A stretch of DNA of 64,000 bases, taken from the NCBI GenBank assembly GCA_901456055.1, contig CABDWT010000003.1:5352-69351 (forward strand), read 5' to 3'. Below, one piece after another: positions 1-10,334 of the stretch (positions within the stretch are counted from its first letter, which is position 1; every line of letters starts with the position of its first letter). This stretch comes from Phytobacter ursingii (GTDB lineage Bacteria > Pseudomonadota > Gammaproteobacteria > Enterobacterales > Enterobacteriaceae). A program made the position numbers and the translations under genes. The notes beneath the pieces were generated by a model. It was not told where the DNA came from, did not search any database, and saw only the letters and a program-made list of their open reading frames with translations.

Positions 1-570
1 GCTTACGACGGGCGCAACGCTACCGCGCAAGGGCTTATTAACTTCTTCACGCAAAACAATGTGTTTGCTGATGTGGTTGATTTTGAACACAACGTCGTAC
101 CTTCGAAGAGCAGTAAGTGGGTCAGCTTTAAGGCGCTGAGCGATGCGACGGATAAATTCTCTACCGTTGCCGGGAAGAAACTGGAGATGGGCGACATCGA
201 GTCAATCTGGGAAGCATGGCTGCTGCTGACCGCTATTGATGATATTCGCCACGGCACAAGCCAGGGTGATTACAAGCGCGATTACCTCCAGTTCTACGCA
301 GTGATGATTAATGCCTTTGGCTACGCCGTGCAGCGCCTGCTCGCTGCCAATTCCGTGCGTGATGTCGTTGCGATGATTGAGTCGCTCGCACTGGCCACCG
401 GGACCGCAGAACGTGAGGATTTCTTCCTGATGACGAACTGGGCCGGTATTTGCGTGAATACCGATAAGGATAAACCAACAGTCATCGCGAACGTGGCCGC
501 GCAGAAAGCAGCAGCAGAACGCCTGACGTTGGTATTCACCCAGAAGAACCTGAACGTGGGAGGGGAGTGA
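1..570 (+). CDS. phage-related hypothetical protein, 3' portion (frame open from window start)
   Basis: Frame 1 is open from nt 1 to the stop at 570. It is translationally coupled (ATGA overlap) to the downstream HNH gene. The context is phage-like. No family was recognised. Confidence 0.4.
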   Translation, partial: AYDGRNATAQGLINFFTQNNVFADVVDFEHNVVPSKSSKWVSFKALSDATDKFSTVAGKKLEMGDIESIWEAWLLLTAIDDIRHGTSQGDYKRDYLQFYAVMINAFGYAVQRLLAANSVRDVVAMIESLALATGTAEREDFFLMTNWAGICVNTDKDKPTVIANVAAQKAAAERLTLVFTQKNLNVGGE

Positions 571-992
571 AGATGGCGCTCACTAAAAAACAACGCGCTG
601 AATTGCGCATGAAGTTTGGCGGTCACTGTGCGTATTGCGGCTGCGAACTGAAAGAGAAAGGTTGGCACGCTGACCACGTGGAGGCCGTTTACCGTAAATG
701 GGAGTTCGGCCCGCGCCGAGCTGATGGTACTCGTAGGACCGTAGCCACCGGGGAACATGAGCGCCCGGAGAATGACACCGTGGATAACCTGTTTCCAGCT
801 TGCGTGCCGTGCAACCTGTTCAAGTCTGTCGATTCGATTAAGCAATTCCGCGAGCGTATTGCTACCCAGGTTGATGTTACCCGGCGAGCATCGCGGAGTT
901 ACCGCACTGCTGAATCATTTGGGCTTGTCCAACCAACTAATGTGCCTGTTGTGTTCTGGTTTGAGAAATATCAACAGCAGGAGGAAGCATGA
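567..992 (+). CDS. HNH endonuclease (phage-type)
   Basis: Cys-rich HNH signature is present (CAYCGC...HADH...PACVPCN). It overlaps the neighbouring genes by 4 nt on each side. Confidence 0.6.
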   Translation: MKMALTKKQRAELRMKFGGHCAYCGCELKEKGWHADHVEAVYRKWEFGPRRADGTRRTVATGEHERPENDTVDNLFPACVPCNLFKSVDSIKQFRERIATQVDVTRRASRSYRTAESFGLVQPTNVPVVFWFEKYQQQEEA

Positions 993-1294
993 CAGCACAA
1001 TTACCGTGCAGAGAGCGCCTTGAGAAAATCGCATCGTGGCGTGAAATGTATGGCGCTGGTCACAACGTAATGTTGCCAGCCGAAGAAGCTGAGTCATTGG
1101 CCCGCTTCGCATTGGAGCACGCCGCCGAGATTGAACAACTGAAACGGCAAGTGATTCATGTGGTCATGCCAATGATGGTGCCACCAGCAGTAATACAGGA
1201 TATGAAAGCGCGGCGTATCGAACATGCGCTTTGCCTCAAATGTAACGAAGGTGCTCGCGGGGGTTGCTCCGCATGTGCCTACAATGAGCGATAA
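989..1294 (+). CDS. hypothetical phage protein
   Basis: 101-aa ORF, coupled to the HNH gene, with a C-terminal Cys cluster. Confidence 0.35.
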   Translation: MTAQLPCRERLEKIASWREMYGAGHNVMLPAEEAESLARFALEHAAEIEQLKRQVIHVVMPMMVPPAVIQDMKARRIEHALCLKCNEGARGGCSACAYNER

Positions 1295-1323
1295 CCGGGT
1301 GCAGCCGGTGATGTGGAGAGACT

Positions 1324-1596
1324 ATGAATACACTTTTTCTTCTTATGGCTGAGTTTAATACTCCTGACATCGAGCTTTCTGCTGTGTGCCAGAAATATTT
1401 CGGGATGAGTCCTTCCACTGCAGAAGCTAAGGCTAATGCATGTCAGTTACCTGTTCCAACATACCGTATAGGTGCATCCCAAAAAGCTAAGCGCTGTATC
1501 AACATTCAGGATCTTGCGGAGCATATCGACCGTATGAGGGTTCAAGGGCGAGAGGAATGGGAAAGAGTAAGGACATTAAAACAAAAAAATGATTAA
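1324..1596 (+). CDS. PrtN-like (pyocin activator family) DNA-binding protein
   Basis: The N-terminal MNTLFLLMA... and ...ASQKA..I.IQDLAEHIDRMR pattern resembles the PrtN / phage transcriptional activator family. Confidence 0.45.
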   Translation: MNTLFLLMAEFNTPDIELSAVCQKYFGMSPSTAEAKANACQLPVPTYRIGASQKAKRCINIQDLAEHIDRMRVQGREEWERVRTLKQKND

Positions 1597-1603
1597 CTCC
1601 ATC

Positions 1604-1631
1604 AACCCGCTTGAATAGGCGGGTTAGTTTT
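1604..1631 (+). terminator. rho-independent terminator (convergent gene ends)
   Basis: Hairpin AACCCGC-ttgaatag-GCGGGTT followed by AGTTTT. It overlaps the stop of the convergent YafO-like gene. Confidence 0.4.
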
Positions 1632-2058
1632 CATCTTTAAATTTCTGGGCAATCCGAGCTAAATACCCCATCACCTTAGGATCTCTGGCCATCCCGTGGC
1701 CATTGGGATGCATTATCGCAATAAGAGAATATTTATTCTCATATAGCTCACCTTGGACATAGGCTAGACAAGCATCTTTTTCAGGATCGCCTTTTTTGCA
1801 TACTCTATCTGGTTGAGGGCGATTCTCTGGGAATACATCAGGAGGAAGGCTAATGTGTATATGCATCAACCCAGCTTTAAAAGCACTATGCGGCTGAGTA
1901 TACGCAACATCCCTACCGAAATACCGAGGCAACTGCCCCGTTGCTTTATACCTTATGAAATCATCAATGATAGAAGCCTCTAACTCCGGATAGTCGATAA
2001 AAACTTTATCAAAAAATTCAGCTTTAGTTGCTGGATTTATAGAGGCTTCTATTGGCAC
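1624..2058 (-). CDS. YafO-like type II toxin (ribosome-dependent mRNA interferase family)
   Basis: Motifs recalled from E. coli YafO are present: FI.YK..G.LP..FGRD..Y, HIHI, AYVQGE, LIAIM.P..H..ARD. There is a probable GTG start. It lies 16 bp downstream of the partner ORF. Confidence 0.5.
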   Translation of the reverse strand: MPIEASINPATKAEFFDKVFIDYPELEASIIDDFIRYKATGQLPRYFGRDVAYTQPHSAFKAGLMHIHISLPPDVFPENRPQPDRVCKKGDPEKDACLAYVQGELYENKYSLIAIMHPNGHGMARDPKVMGYLARIAQKFKDEN

Positions 2059-2074
2059 GGTAGTCCGTTACGAG

Positions 2075-2617
2075 TTAGTGGAATTGCATTAATTTTATCT
2101 TATCTGACGTGTAATTTGCCAGAGCAGCAATTCCATTAAGGTCAGCTTTACCATCGAATAAAACAGCGTCTTTAAACAGACTCTTCGTATAATCATTAAG
2201 GCGAGTTACTGACGAACGAGCTTTAGCGATATGACGCCAATAAACCTTCAATTCCGACTTAACAAAATCAGGAATAGGAAAGTCAATGGTACGTTTAACT
2301 TCTTCTTCAAACGCCCGTAAAAACATTTCACACGCTTCTGTGATAGTGTCAGAACTATTTTGATTCACAAAGTTACGAGCTTCATCGCTATCAAGTCCAA
2401 TCAAACTGACATAATAATTGTCAGCAGAAACTGTTAGCTTTTTAAGGATTTCTTTGCCTTCTTCTAATCTACGAGAAAACTCCTCAACAGAAGGAGTAGC
2501 TTTCAAAGGTTCTGCAACGACGGGTGCGGGCTGGATAATGAAGTCCTGAGCCATAGCAGCAGGACAAGCCAGAGGCCCGCACAATGCAGCAAAAGTAATG
2601 GCGTTAAACGGATTCAT
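2075..2617 (-). CDS. hypothetical protein with signal-peptide-like N-terminus, upstream partner of the YafO-like toxin
   Basis: GAGG ribosome-binding site sits 6 nt before the ATG of MNPFNAITFAALCGPLACPAAMA|QD. The protein is 180 aa with no recognised family. It sits in the antitoxin position but is twice the YafN size. Confidence 0.4.
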   Translation of the reverse strand: MNPFNAITFAALCGPLACPAAMAQDFIIQPAPVVAEPLKATPSVEEFSRRLEEGKEILKKLTVSADNYYVSLIGLDSDEARNFVNQNSSDTITEACEMFLRAFEEEVKRTIDFPIPDFVKSELKVYWRHIAKARSSVTRLNDYTKSLFKDAVLFDGKADLNGIAALANYTSDKIKLMQFH

Positions 2618-2974
2618 GGCAACCTCGATAATCATTTCACTTACTCAAAAATAGCCAGAGCTATTGTAAGCGAAGTCTATAACCGGAGTTATTTTTGGTC
2701 AATCAGATAAGACGGCAAATGGTGCTTTACCAAAAGATTCGAATAGATAAAACGAGAATTCAGGTTCCCAATAGAACCCCAAGAATGAAATAACTTATTG
2801 AGTTTAATAATCAATACATCCTATCGAGCATCGGCGCGATGGAGAAACGGTGAGCAGGATAGGCAGCAGACTGATTTTCTGGCGACATGGCGAATAAATG
2901 AGCTTTAGGTAAAAAAGGGGCGCTACTATAGCACAGAGAATCGACGCCGGGCAGCGAGGACATTTGCCTGACCA

Positions 2975-3005
2975 CAAAGAAAAACCGGAGGCGCAAGGCC
3001 TCCGG
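2975..3005 (-). terminator. rho-independent terminator of OMP gene
   Basis: Hairpin CCGGAGGC-gcaa-GCCTCCGG is followed by a T-tract on the minus strand, 8 nt after the stop. Confidence 0.5.
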
Positions 3006-3012
3006 TTGTGCA

Positions 3013-4350
3013 TCAGAATGTCATGCTCAACTGTGCACCGGCCCCCCAGGTTTTGTTCTCACCGACTGACCCCATTAAATCAACGTGCACACGGTTAAAT
3101 GGCGCAAAACCGACACCGCCTGTGAAGACATTGCTTTCATCACCTTTCACATCAGCACGGTAGCCAGCACGCACCGCCAGCCAACTCAGAGGACGAACCT
3201 CCGCACCGACGCCAACGAACTGTGAATTTTTCTCGCTCTTAAACCCTTTGGTTTCCGTCAGATCACCGTCAGCACTCAGTGTCAGCAGATCGTTATGCCA
3301 CGCCGCTCCAGCGGTAACCAATGGGCTGATCTGGTAGGTATCTTTGTAGTTTTTAACTTCGCCGGTTCTGCCATTGGTGATAAAAACATCTTTGGTGTCG
3401 ATATTACGCGAGACCAGGTTTTGTCCACTCAGACCGAGGGTGACGTTATCTGTTAAATCTGCCGCCAGGCCAACATCAATGTTAAAGCCCGTGTCATCCT
3501 TGCGGTATTTACTGTTGTTCCATTCGTTTTTGTCGTAATCATAAATCGACGTGGTGTAGTTATAGATCCATGACTTTTGCAGTTTTGGCGTTACGCCGAC
3601 GGAAAGAGGAACGCCGCCCACGTCGAATTGATGCGCCATTGCGATACCAAAGTCCGTAATGATAGCCGCACGACCTGATGCCGTGGAGTTAAGATTTTTT
3701 GTGATCTCGTCCGAGCCATTAGGTGAGACAACAGCACCGAGGGCAACTCCCGTGGCGACGGTATCACTGTTCTGGATGCTACGAAGGTAGGTGATATCGT
3801 TTTGATCAATATTCGAACTCACACGGGCATGCGCATAGCCTTTAGTCACAAAGGCAACAGATAACACATCGTTAGGAATAGTGACGGCGATACCGGCTCC
3901 GGCATTCGCACTCGCGGTTTTGCCATCAAGATAATCAAGCGAATCCGCAAGATCTTTTGCCGCCATCTGGAACTGATCGACAGTCCCAACGGGGTTAAGC
4001 AGCACTTCGCGCAGGGTGAGATTGTCAACGATGTCTTTGTAATAATCGATTTTATCACTGATATCATTAATTTCATCGCGCAGGTTATCCTCATCGGTTA
4101 TCTGCGCACCAACAGTCGGTAAGATGACCGTAACATTGTCTTCCGGTTTCGCCTTTGCCAGCAACGCCGGGTTAATGAATGCACCACTGCCGTAATTTGC
4201 GGAGGCAACACCTGTCCCCCCCATTGCATCATTACGTGCCTCTGACCAGGTATTTGCCGCTCCGGCTTGATTTGCCACGAAAAAGGAGACAGCGATAGCG
4301 ACCACCGAAAGTTTAAGATTGTTTTTCACAGTTATGCGTCTCGTAATCAA
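3013..4350 (-). CDS. outer-membrane beta-barrel protein, TraF-like family
   Basis: It has a signal peptide (…ANQAGA|AN) and an alternating beta-strand pattern. The C-terminus ends ...QLSMTF with a terminal Phe. Sequence is similar to chromosomal proteins commonly annotated as conjugal transfer protein TraF-like OMPs. Confidence 0.55.
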   Translation of the reverse strand: MITRRITVKNNLKLSVVAIAVSFFVANQAGAANTWSEARNDAMGGTGVASANYGSGAFINPALLAKAKPEDNVTVILPTVGAQITDEDNLRDEINDISDKIDYYKDIVDNLTLREVLLNPVGTVDQFQMAAKDLADSLDYLDGKTASANAGAGIAVTIPNDVLSVAFVTKGYAHARVSSNIDQNDITYLRSIQNSDTVATGVALGAVVSPNGSDEITKNLNSTASGRAAIITDFGIAMAHQFDVGGVPLSVGVTPKLQKSWIYNYTTSIYDYDKNEWNNSKYRKDDTGFNIDVGLAADLTDNVTLGLSGQNLVSRNIDTKDVFITNGRTGEVKNYKDTYQISPLVTAGAAWHNDLLTLSADGDLTETKGFKSEKNSQFVGVGAEVRPLSWLAVRAGYRADVKGDESNVFTGGVGFAPFNRVHVDLMGSVGENKTWGAGAQLSMTF

Positions 4351-4601
4351 ATGAGTTTATGACCCTGCTAGTTGTGACATGGACAGGGTGGCTCTATTGC
4401 TGCGAATAACATCCAAAAAACATCCTATTTCTACGGAATGTAATAAAACGTTACAGAAGATGTTGTTATATGAAGTGACCATCAATATTTATAGAAGACA
4501 CATGGCGATTGCGAAAGGTGAAGGCGCGGTCGCGATCTCGGCGTTTAGTACAGAACATGATAAAGTGGGGGCTTATGTCGCCCTTTCATGAGAGAACGCC
4601 T

Positions 4602-5117
4602 ATGGATAAGTCCACTTCGCAAGAGATGCTCGCGCAGGCCGAAAAACTGTGTGTGCAACGCAATGTGCGCCTGACTCCCCAGCGCCTCGAAGTGTTACGC
4701 CTGATGAGTCTGCAACAGGGGGCCATCAGCGCCTACGACCTGCTCGATCTCCTGCGTGAGGCAGAGCCTCAGGCCAAACCCCCAACTGTCTATCGCGCGC
4801 TGGATTTTCTTTTAGAACAAGGCTTTGTGCATAAAGTGGAGTCCACGAATAGCTATGTGCTTTGCCATCTTTTCGATCAACCGACGCACACCTCTGCGAT
4901 GTTTATCTGCGATCGTTGCGGCGTGGTAAAAGAAGAGCAGGCGGAAGGCGTGGAAGATATCATGCACGCACTGGCGGCAAAACGCGGTTTTGCGCTGCGC
5001 CATAACGTCATTGAAGCACATGGATTATGCGCTGATTGCGCCGAGGTTGAAGCGTGCCGACATCCCGGCGAATGCCATCATGACCACACGATTCAGTTGA
5101 AAAAAAAATCGCGCTAG
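4602..5117 (+). CDS. zur: zinc uptake regulator Zur
   Basis: Near-identical to E. coli Zur (MDKSTSQEMLAQAEKL...RNVRLTPQRLEVLRLM). Confidence 0.9.
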   Translation: MDKSTSQEMLAQAEKLCVQRNVRLTPQRLEVLRLMSLQQGAISAYDLLDLLREAEPQAKPPTVYRALDFLLEQGFVHKVESTNSYVLCHLFDQPTHTSAMFICDRCGVVKEEQAEGVEDIMHALAAKRGFALRHNVIEAHGLCADCAEVEACRHPGECHHDHTIQLKKKSR

Positions 5118-5131
5118 TCGCGATTTTTCTC
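5100..5131 (+). terminator. terminator after zur
   Basis: A-tract, then AATCGCG-ctagt-CGCGATT, then TTTCT. It may act bidirectionally. Confidence 0.4.
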
Positions 5132-5225
5132 TTTTAAACGGACAAATAAATTGAGGGTGGTACATCCATGTACCGTTCGGGCAGGGTAGCCATTGAGGGT
5201 CTACACATTGAGGGGAATGTGAAGG

Positions 5226-5435
5226 CTACCAGCGGTAATCATTCCGCGTTTCCCAGTCCACGACTTCTTTTTCTGCCTGATCTTTGGCGTAGCCGTAACG
5301 TTCCTGAATTTTACCAACCAGTTGGTCACGTTTACCTTCGATGATGGTCATATCATCGTCAGTCAATTTACCCCACTGTTCCTTCGCTTTACCTTTGAAC
5401 TGTTTCCAGTTGCCGCTGACTTCGTCTTTATTCAT
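5226..5435 (-). CDS. yjbJ: CsbD-family stress protein YjbJ
   Basis: MNKDEVSGNWKQFKGKAKEQWGKLTDDDMT... matches E. coli YjbJ. Confidence 0.85.
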   Translation of the reverse strand: MNKDEVSGNWKQFKGKAKEQWGKLTDDDMTIIEGKRDQLVGKIQERYGYAKDQAEKEVVDWETRNDYRW

Positions 5436-5694
5436 CGTCATTTCCTCATCGTTGGTCATGAACAGCGTTATTCCTTTCGTTACGCTCTAAATATCCTGAA
5501 CGTGATTATTATTGTAGTTAAGGATAGCGACCATGAATCTTTATTCGGAATTTTTAACCATCAGAAAGGAAATTGCCGGAGAAATATGCAGACCAAACCT
5601 AAGCGAGATCAGGAGGATAACCGAGAAGTTAAAGCTTTGTCAGGAAAGGAAAGCAACCGTGACAGCGGATCTGCCGCCACGGCTCAGAAGGGTA

Positions 5695-6309
5695 TTACAG
5701 CCATTCACCATTGCGGATAACGCCAACCGCCAGGCCTTCAATGGTGAAGTTGTGCTCACGCAGGTTAACCACGATTGGGGAAAACTCACTGTTTTCAGGC
5801 AGTAGCTGCACCGTATTACCCTGTTTTTTCAGGCGCTTGACCGTGACTTCATCGTCAATACGGGCAACAACAACCTGCCCGTTACGAACATCCTGAGTTT
5901 TATGGACAGCCAGCAGGTCGCCATCCATGATGCCGATATCTTTCATCGACATACCGCTTACGCGGAGCAGGAAGTCAGCGTTAGGTTTGAAGAGAGAAGG
6001 ATCGACCTGATAGTGTCCTTCGATATGCTGTTGCGCCAACAAAGGTTCGCCAGCAGCGACACGGCCGATAAGCGGCAGCCCGATATCCTCTTCTTCTTCA
6101 AGCAACAGACGAATACCACGAGACGCACCCGATACAATCTCAATAACGCCCTTACGCGCAAGCGCTTTCAGGTGTTCCTCTGCCGCGTTTGGGGAACGGA
6201 ACCCCAACTGTTGCGCGATCTCCGCACGCGTCGGCGGCATACCTGTCTGGTTGATTCGATCGCGAATGAGATCGAACACCTCTTGCTGCCTGGCCGTTAA
6301 AGCTTTCAT
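5695..6309 (-). CDS. lexA: SOS repressor LexA
   Basis: About 97 % identical to E. coli LexA. Confidence 0.95.
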   Translation of the reverse strand: MKALTARQQEVFDLIRDRINQTGMPPTRAEIAQQLGFRSPNAAEEHLKALARKGVIEIVSGASRGIRLLLEEEEDIGLPLIGRVAAGEPLLAQQHIEGHYQVDPSLFKPNADFLLRVSGMSMKDIGIMDGDLLAVHKTQDVRNGQVVVARIDDEVTVKRLKKQGNTVQLLPENSEFSPIVVNLREHNFTIEGLAVGVIRNGEWL

Positions 6310-6317
6310 TCCGCCCC

Positions 6318-6354
6318 CTGGGTGTATATACAGTTATGCTGTGAGTATATACAG
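6318..6354 (-). promoter_or_regulatory. two LexA (SOS) boxes in lexA promoter
   Basis: On the minus strand: CTGTATATACTCACAG and CTGTATATACACCCAG. Both match the CTGT-N8-ACAG consensus and the spacing seen in E. coli lexA. Confidence 0.85.
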
Positions 6355-6417
6355 TTAAAGGTGATTTTGAAACCAAAATTAAGCAAAAAGCGCGGACTTA
6401 ACGCATTTCTGGAAGCC

Positions 6418-6786
6418 TTATCGAAAATAGCCCCACAGCAGAGAAAACCAGGTAAACAGTGCCAGAAGAATGGCCATTAATACTGCCGCAGACCCCATGT
6501 CCTTCGCACGTCCTGAGAGTTCATGAAATTCAGACCCAATACGGTCAACCACCGCTTCAATCGCACTATTGAGGATTTCCACTATCATCACCAATACAAC
6601 AGAACCAATCAGCAGAACACGCGTAATAGCGTCAACATCCACAAAAGACGCAATGATGATAGCAATAATGACCGCAACACCTTCCTGACGAAAAGCCGCT
6701 TCGTTAATCCACGCTGCGCGCACCCCTTTCCATGAATAGCCTGCCGCTTTAATGATGCGGGTAATTCCAGTGGTATTGTTGGCCAT
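6418..6786 (-). CDS. dgkA: diacylglycerol kinase
   Basis: MANNTTGITRIIKAAGYSWKG... matches E. coli DgkA (122 aa). Confidence 0.9.
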   Translation of the reverse strand: MANNTTGITRIIKAAGYSWKGVRAAWINEAAFRQEGVAVIIAIIIASFVDVDAITRVLLIGSVVLVMIVEILNSAIEAVVDRIGSEFHELSGRAKDMGSAAVLMAILLALFTWFSLLWGYFR

Positions 6787-6916
6787 GAAAAACAACCTTT
6801 TTATGTAATGAACGTCAATGTCTATGTAAGCTTATAGAGGTAGAAAAGAAATTCTGCGGACTTTCTGATATTCTTGCCGCGCAATGGCATTATTAACCAG
6901 AGGCTTTACATCGTTT

Positions 6917-9337
6917 ATGTCCGGCTGGCCACGAATTTACTACAAATTACTAAATTTACCATTAAGCGTCCTGGTAAAAAGCAAGTCTATCCCGGCGGAA
7001 CCCGCCCAGGAATTAGGACTCGATACGTCACGCCCTATTATGTACGTTTTGCCTTATAATTCGAAGGCAGACTTGCTTACCTTGCGCGCTCAGTGTCTGG
7101 CACACGATTTGCCCGACCCCCTCGAACCGCTTGAAATCGATGGAGCGGAGCTGCCGCGTTATATCTTTATTCACGGCGGACCGCGCGTCTTTACCTGGTA
7201 CACGCCTAAAGAAGAGTCGATCAAGCTGTTCCATGACTACCTCGATCTGCACCGCAGCCATCCCGATCTGGATGTTCAGATGGTGCCTGTATCGATGATG
7301 TTCGGCCGTTCTCCAGGTCGCGAAAAGGGTGAAGTCAACCCGCCGCTGCGTATGCTAAACGGTATTCAGAAATTTTTCGCGATCTCATGGCTTGGCCGCG
7401 ATAGCTTTGTGCGTTTCTCGCCGCCGGTTTCGCTGCGTCGTATGGCAACCGAGCACGGGACAGACAAAACCATTGCGCAAAAACTGGCACGCGTAGCGCG
7501 TATGCACTTCGCCCGTCAGCGCCTGGCCGCAGTGGGGCCGCGTTTGCCTGCCCGTCAGGACCTGTTTAATAAGCTGCTCTCCTCCAAAGCCATCGCCCGT
7601 GCCGTCGAAGACGAAGCGCGCAGCAAGAAAATCTCCCATGATAAAGCACAACAAAACGCAATTGCGCTGATGGAAGAGATTGCGGCGAACTTCTCGTATG
7701 AGATGATCCGTCTGTCAGACCGTATCCTCAGCTTTACCTGGAACCGTCTGTATCAGGGCATTAATGTGCATAACGCGGAACGTGTTCGTCAGCTCGCCCA
7801 TGATGGTCATGAAATTGTCTATGTGCCCTGCCATCGCAGTCATATGGACTATTTGTTGCTCTCCTACGTGCTCTATCATCAGGGGCTGGTACCACCGCAT
7901 ATCGCTGCCGGCATCAACCTGAACTTCTGGCCGGCGGGTCCCATTTTCCGTCGTCTGGGCGCGTTCTTTATTCGCCGTACGTTTAAAGGCAATAAGCTCT
8001 ATTCGACGGTTTTCCGCGAGTATCTGGGTGAATTGTTTAACCGCGGCTATTCAGTGGAATACTTTGTGGAAGGTGGGCGTTCTCGTACCGGCCGTCTGTT
8101 GGATCCGAAGACCGGCACGCTCTCGATGACGATTCAGGCCATGCTTCGTGGGGGCACGCGTCCGATCACGCTGGTGCCCATCTACATTGGCTATGAGCAC
8201 GTCATGGAAGTGGGCACCTACGCCAAAGAGCTGCGCGGCGCGACGAAAGAGAAAGAAGGTTTTGCCCAGATGGTACGCGGTTTAAGCAAGCTGCGTAATC
8301 TCGGTCAGGGCTACGTCAACTTTGGCGAGCCCATTCCGCTGATGAACTATCTGAATCATCGCGTACCAGAATGGCGCGAGTCCATCGATCCCATCGAGGC
8401 TGTCCGTCCTGCCTGGCTGACGCCAACGGTGAATGCCATTGCTGCTGATCTGATGGTGCGTATTAATAATGCCGGTGCGGCAAACGCCATGAACCTCTGT
8501 TGTACTGCGCTTCTGGCCTCACGTCAGCGTTCACTGACCCGCGAACAGCTCACCGAGCAACTGAACTGTTACCTCAACCTGATGCGCAATGTGCCCTATG
8601 CTGCCGACACAACGGTGCCCACCGTCAGTGCGGACGCGCTTATTGAGCACGCCCTGCAGATGAACAAGTTTGAGGTAGAGAAAGACACGATTGGCGACAT
8701 CATCATTCTGCCGCGCGAGCAGGCGGTGCTGATGACGTACTATCGCAACAACATTGCGCATATGCTGATGTTGCCATCGCTGATGGCGGCCATTATTACC
8801 CAGCATCGTCATATCTCTCAGGACGAAATGCTGCGCCATGTTGAACTGCTCTACCCGATGCTGAAAGCCGAGCTGTTCTTGCGCTGGGAAAAAGAGGAAC
8901 TGGCCGGCGTACTGGAGAGCCTCGCACAGGAATTACTGCGCCAGGGGCTGATCACCATGAAGGATGGCCAGCTCTATATCAATCCGGTACATTCCCGTAC
9001 TCTGCAATTGCTGGCGGCTGGCGCGCGCGAAACGCTGCAACGTTATGCCATCACGTTCTGGTTGCTGAGCGCCAATCCGGCGATGAACCGCAGTACACTG
9101 GAGAAAGAGAGCCGTACGCTGGCGCAACGTCTGTCAGTCCTGCACGGCATCAATGCGCCGGAATTCTTCGACAAGGCGGTTTTCAGTACTCTGGTGCTGA
9201 CGCTGCGTGATGAAGGGTATATCAGCGATACCGGCGATGCCGAGCCCGAGCAGACACTGGCGGTGTATCAGCTGTTAGCTGAGCTGATTACTTCTGATGT
9301 GCGTTTGACTATCGAGAGCGCAACGCAGGCGGAGTGA
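6917..9337 (+). CDS. plsB: glycerol-3-phosphate acyltransferase
   Basis: [17 protein letters not shown]... is about 90 % identical to E. coli PlsB. It is divergent from dgkA. Confidence 0.95.
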   Translation: MSGWPRIYYKLLNLPLSVLVKSKSIPAEPAQELGLDTSRPIMYVLPYNSKADLLTLRAQCLAHDLPDPLEPLEIDGAELPRYIFIHGGPRVFTWYTPKEESIKLFHDYLDLHRSHPDLDVQMVPVSMMFGRSPGREKGEVNPPLRMLNGIQKFFAISWLGRDSFVRFSPPVSLRRMATEHGTDKTIAQKLARVARMHFARQRLAAVGPRLPARQDLFNKLLSSKAIARAVEDEARSKKISHDKAQQNAIALMEEIAANFSYEMIRLSDRILSFTWNRLYQGINVHNAERVRQLAHDGHEIVYVPCHRSHMDYLLLSYVLYHQGLVPPHIAAGINLNFWPAGPIFRRLGAFFIRRTFKGNKLYSTVFREYLGELFNRGYSVEYFVEGGRSRTGRLLDPKTGTLSMTIQAMLRGGTRPITLVPIYIGYEHVMEVGTYAKELRGATKEKEGFAQMVRGLSKLRNLGQGYVNFGEPIPLMNYLNHRVPEWRESIDPIEAVRPAWLTPTVNAIAADLMVRINNAGAANAMNLCCTALLASRQRSLTREQLTEQLNCYLNLMRNVPYAADTTVPTVSADALIEHALQMNKFEVEKDTIGDIIILPREQAVLMTYYRNNIAHMLMLPSLMAAIITQHRHISQDEMLRHVELLYPMLKAELFLRWEKEELAGVLESLAQELLRQGLITMKDGQLYINPVHSRTLQLLAAGARETLQRYAITFWLLSANPAMNRSTLEKESRTLAQRLSVLHGINAPEFFDKAVFSTLVLTLRDEGYISDTGDAEPEQTLAVYQLLAELITSDVRLTIESATQAE

Positions 9338-9452
9338 GTAAAGCGCCGCATCCGGGAGTAACTTCCCTGATGCGCTTCGCTTATCGGGGCTACACTGGGC
9401 TTTACGCTTACAGTAGCCCCGATAAGGCAACGCCACATCCGGCAAAATCGCA

Positions 9453-10322
9453 TTATGCCAGGTAGCTTGTCGCCAGGCCGATAAACAGTACCAGCCCCAC
9501 ATAGTTATTATTCATAAATGCTTTAAAACAGGCGTCGCGATCGCGATTCACAATGAGTTTCTGCTGATAAACAAACAGCGCGCCCGCGATAATGACCGAC
9601 CCGTAGAAGTGCCAGCCTAAGCCATTAAGCGCGCCAATCGCCACCATCAACGCCAGTACCGCCACCTGCAATATGCCAATGATCAGCTTATCGTGGCGAC
9701 CAAACAGAATGGCGGTCGACTTGATACCAATTTTCAAGTCATCGTCGCGATCAACCATGGCGTACTGCGTATCGTAGGCGACCGCCCACAGAATATTGGC
9801 GAGAAACATTATCCAGCAACTCAGCGGCACGGATTCGCTTACCGCGGCAAATGCCATCGGGATCGACCAGCCAAACGCCGCCCCCAGCACCACCTGCGGC
9901 AAATGGGTATACCGCTTCATAAACGGATATACCCAGGCAAGCAGAAGCGCCGCAACGGAGAGCAGAATGGTCATGGCGTTAAGCGTCAACACCAGCGCAA
10001 ATGCCAGCATCACCAATACCACAAACAGTATCCGCGCTTCGTTTTCCGTGACCGCCCCGCTGGGCAGCGGACGATTGGCAGTGCGTTTTACATGGCCGTC
10101 AAATTTACGGTCCGCATAGTCATTTATCACACAGCCTGCCGCACGCATCAGCCAGACCCCTGCCACAAAAACCATCAGGATCCACAGGGGAGGAACACCA
10201 GGTGTTGCCACCCACAGCGCCCATAGCGTTGGCCAGAGCAGCAACAACGCGCCAATGGGCTTGTCCGTGCGCATGAGTCGATGAAAGGCCAGCAGCTTAT
10301 CCTGCGAGAGACTCCACTCCAT
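9453..10322 (-). CDS. ubiA: 4-hydroxybenzoate octaprenyltransferase
   Basis: High identity to E. coli UbiA. Confidence 0.95.
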   Translation of the reverse strand: MEWSLSQDKLLAFHRLMRTDKPIGALLLLWPTLWALWVATPGVPPLWILMVFVAGVWLMRAAGCVINDYADRKFDGHVKRTANRPLPSGAVTENEARILFVVLVMLAFALVLTLNAMTILLSVAALLLAWVYPFMKRYTHLPQVVLGAAFGWSIPMAFAAVSESVPLSCWIMFLANILWAVAYDTQYAMVDRDDDLKIGIKSTAILFGRHDKLIIGILQVAVLALMVAIGALNGLGWHFYGSVIIAGALFVYQQKLIVNRDRDACFKAFMNNNYVGLVLFIGLATSYLA

Positions 10323-10334
10323 TCTTTTTTCCTC

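Noticed and set aside
4441-4480. Possible Zur box (GATGTTGTTATATGAAG) between the TraF-like OMP gene and zur
   Set aside because: It matches only about 10 of 17 positions of the AAATGTTATAATATAACATTT consensus and is not palindromic. There is not enough support to call a Zn-regulated promoter.
5533-5805. 90-aa ORF on the plus strand between yjbJ and lexA (possible dinF remnant)
   Set aside because: It overlaps the lexA 3' end in antisense and has no recognisable MATE-transporter features or hydrophobic segments.
9693-10226. 177-aa ORF antisense to ubiA
   Set aside because: It is fully embedded antisense in a highly conserved gene. The His/Arg/Gln-rich low-complexity translation is typical of a GC-rich antisense frame.
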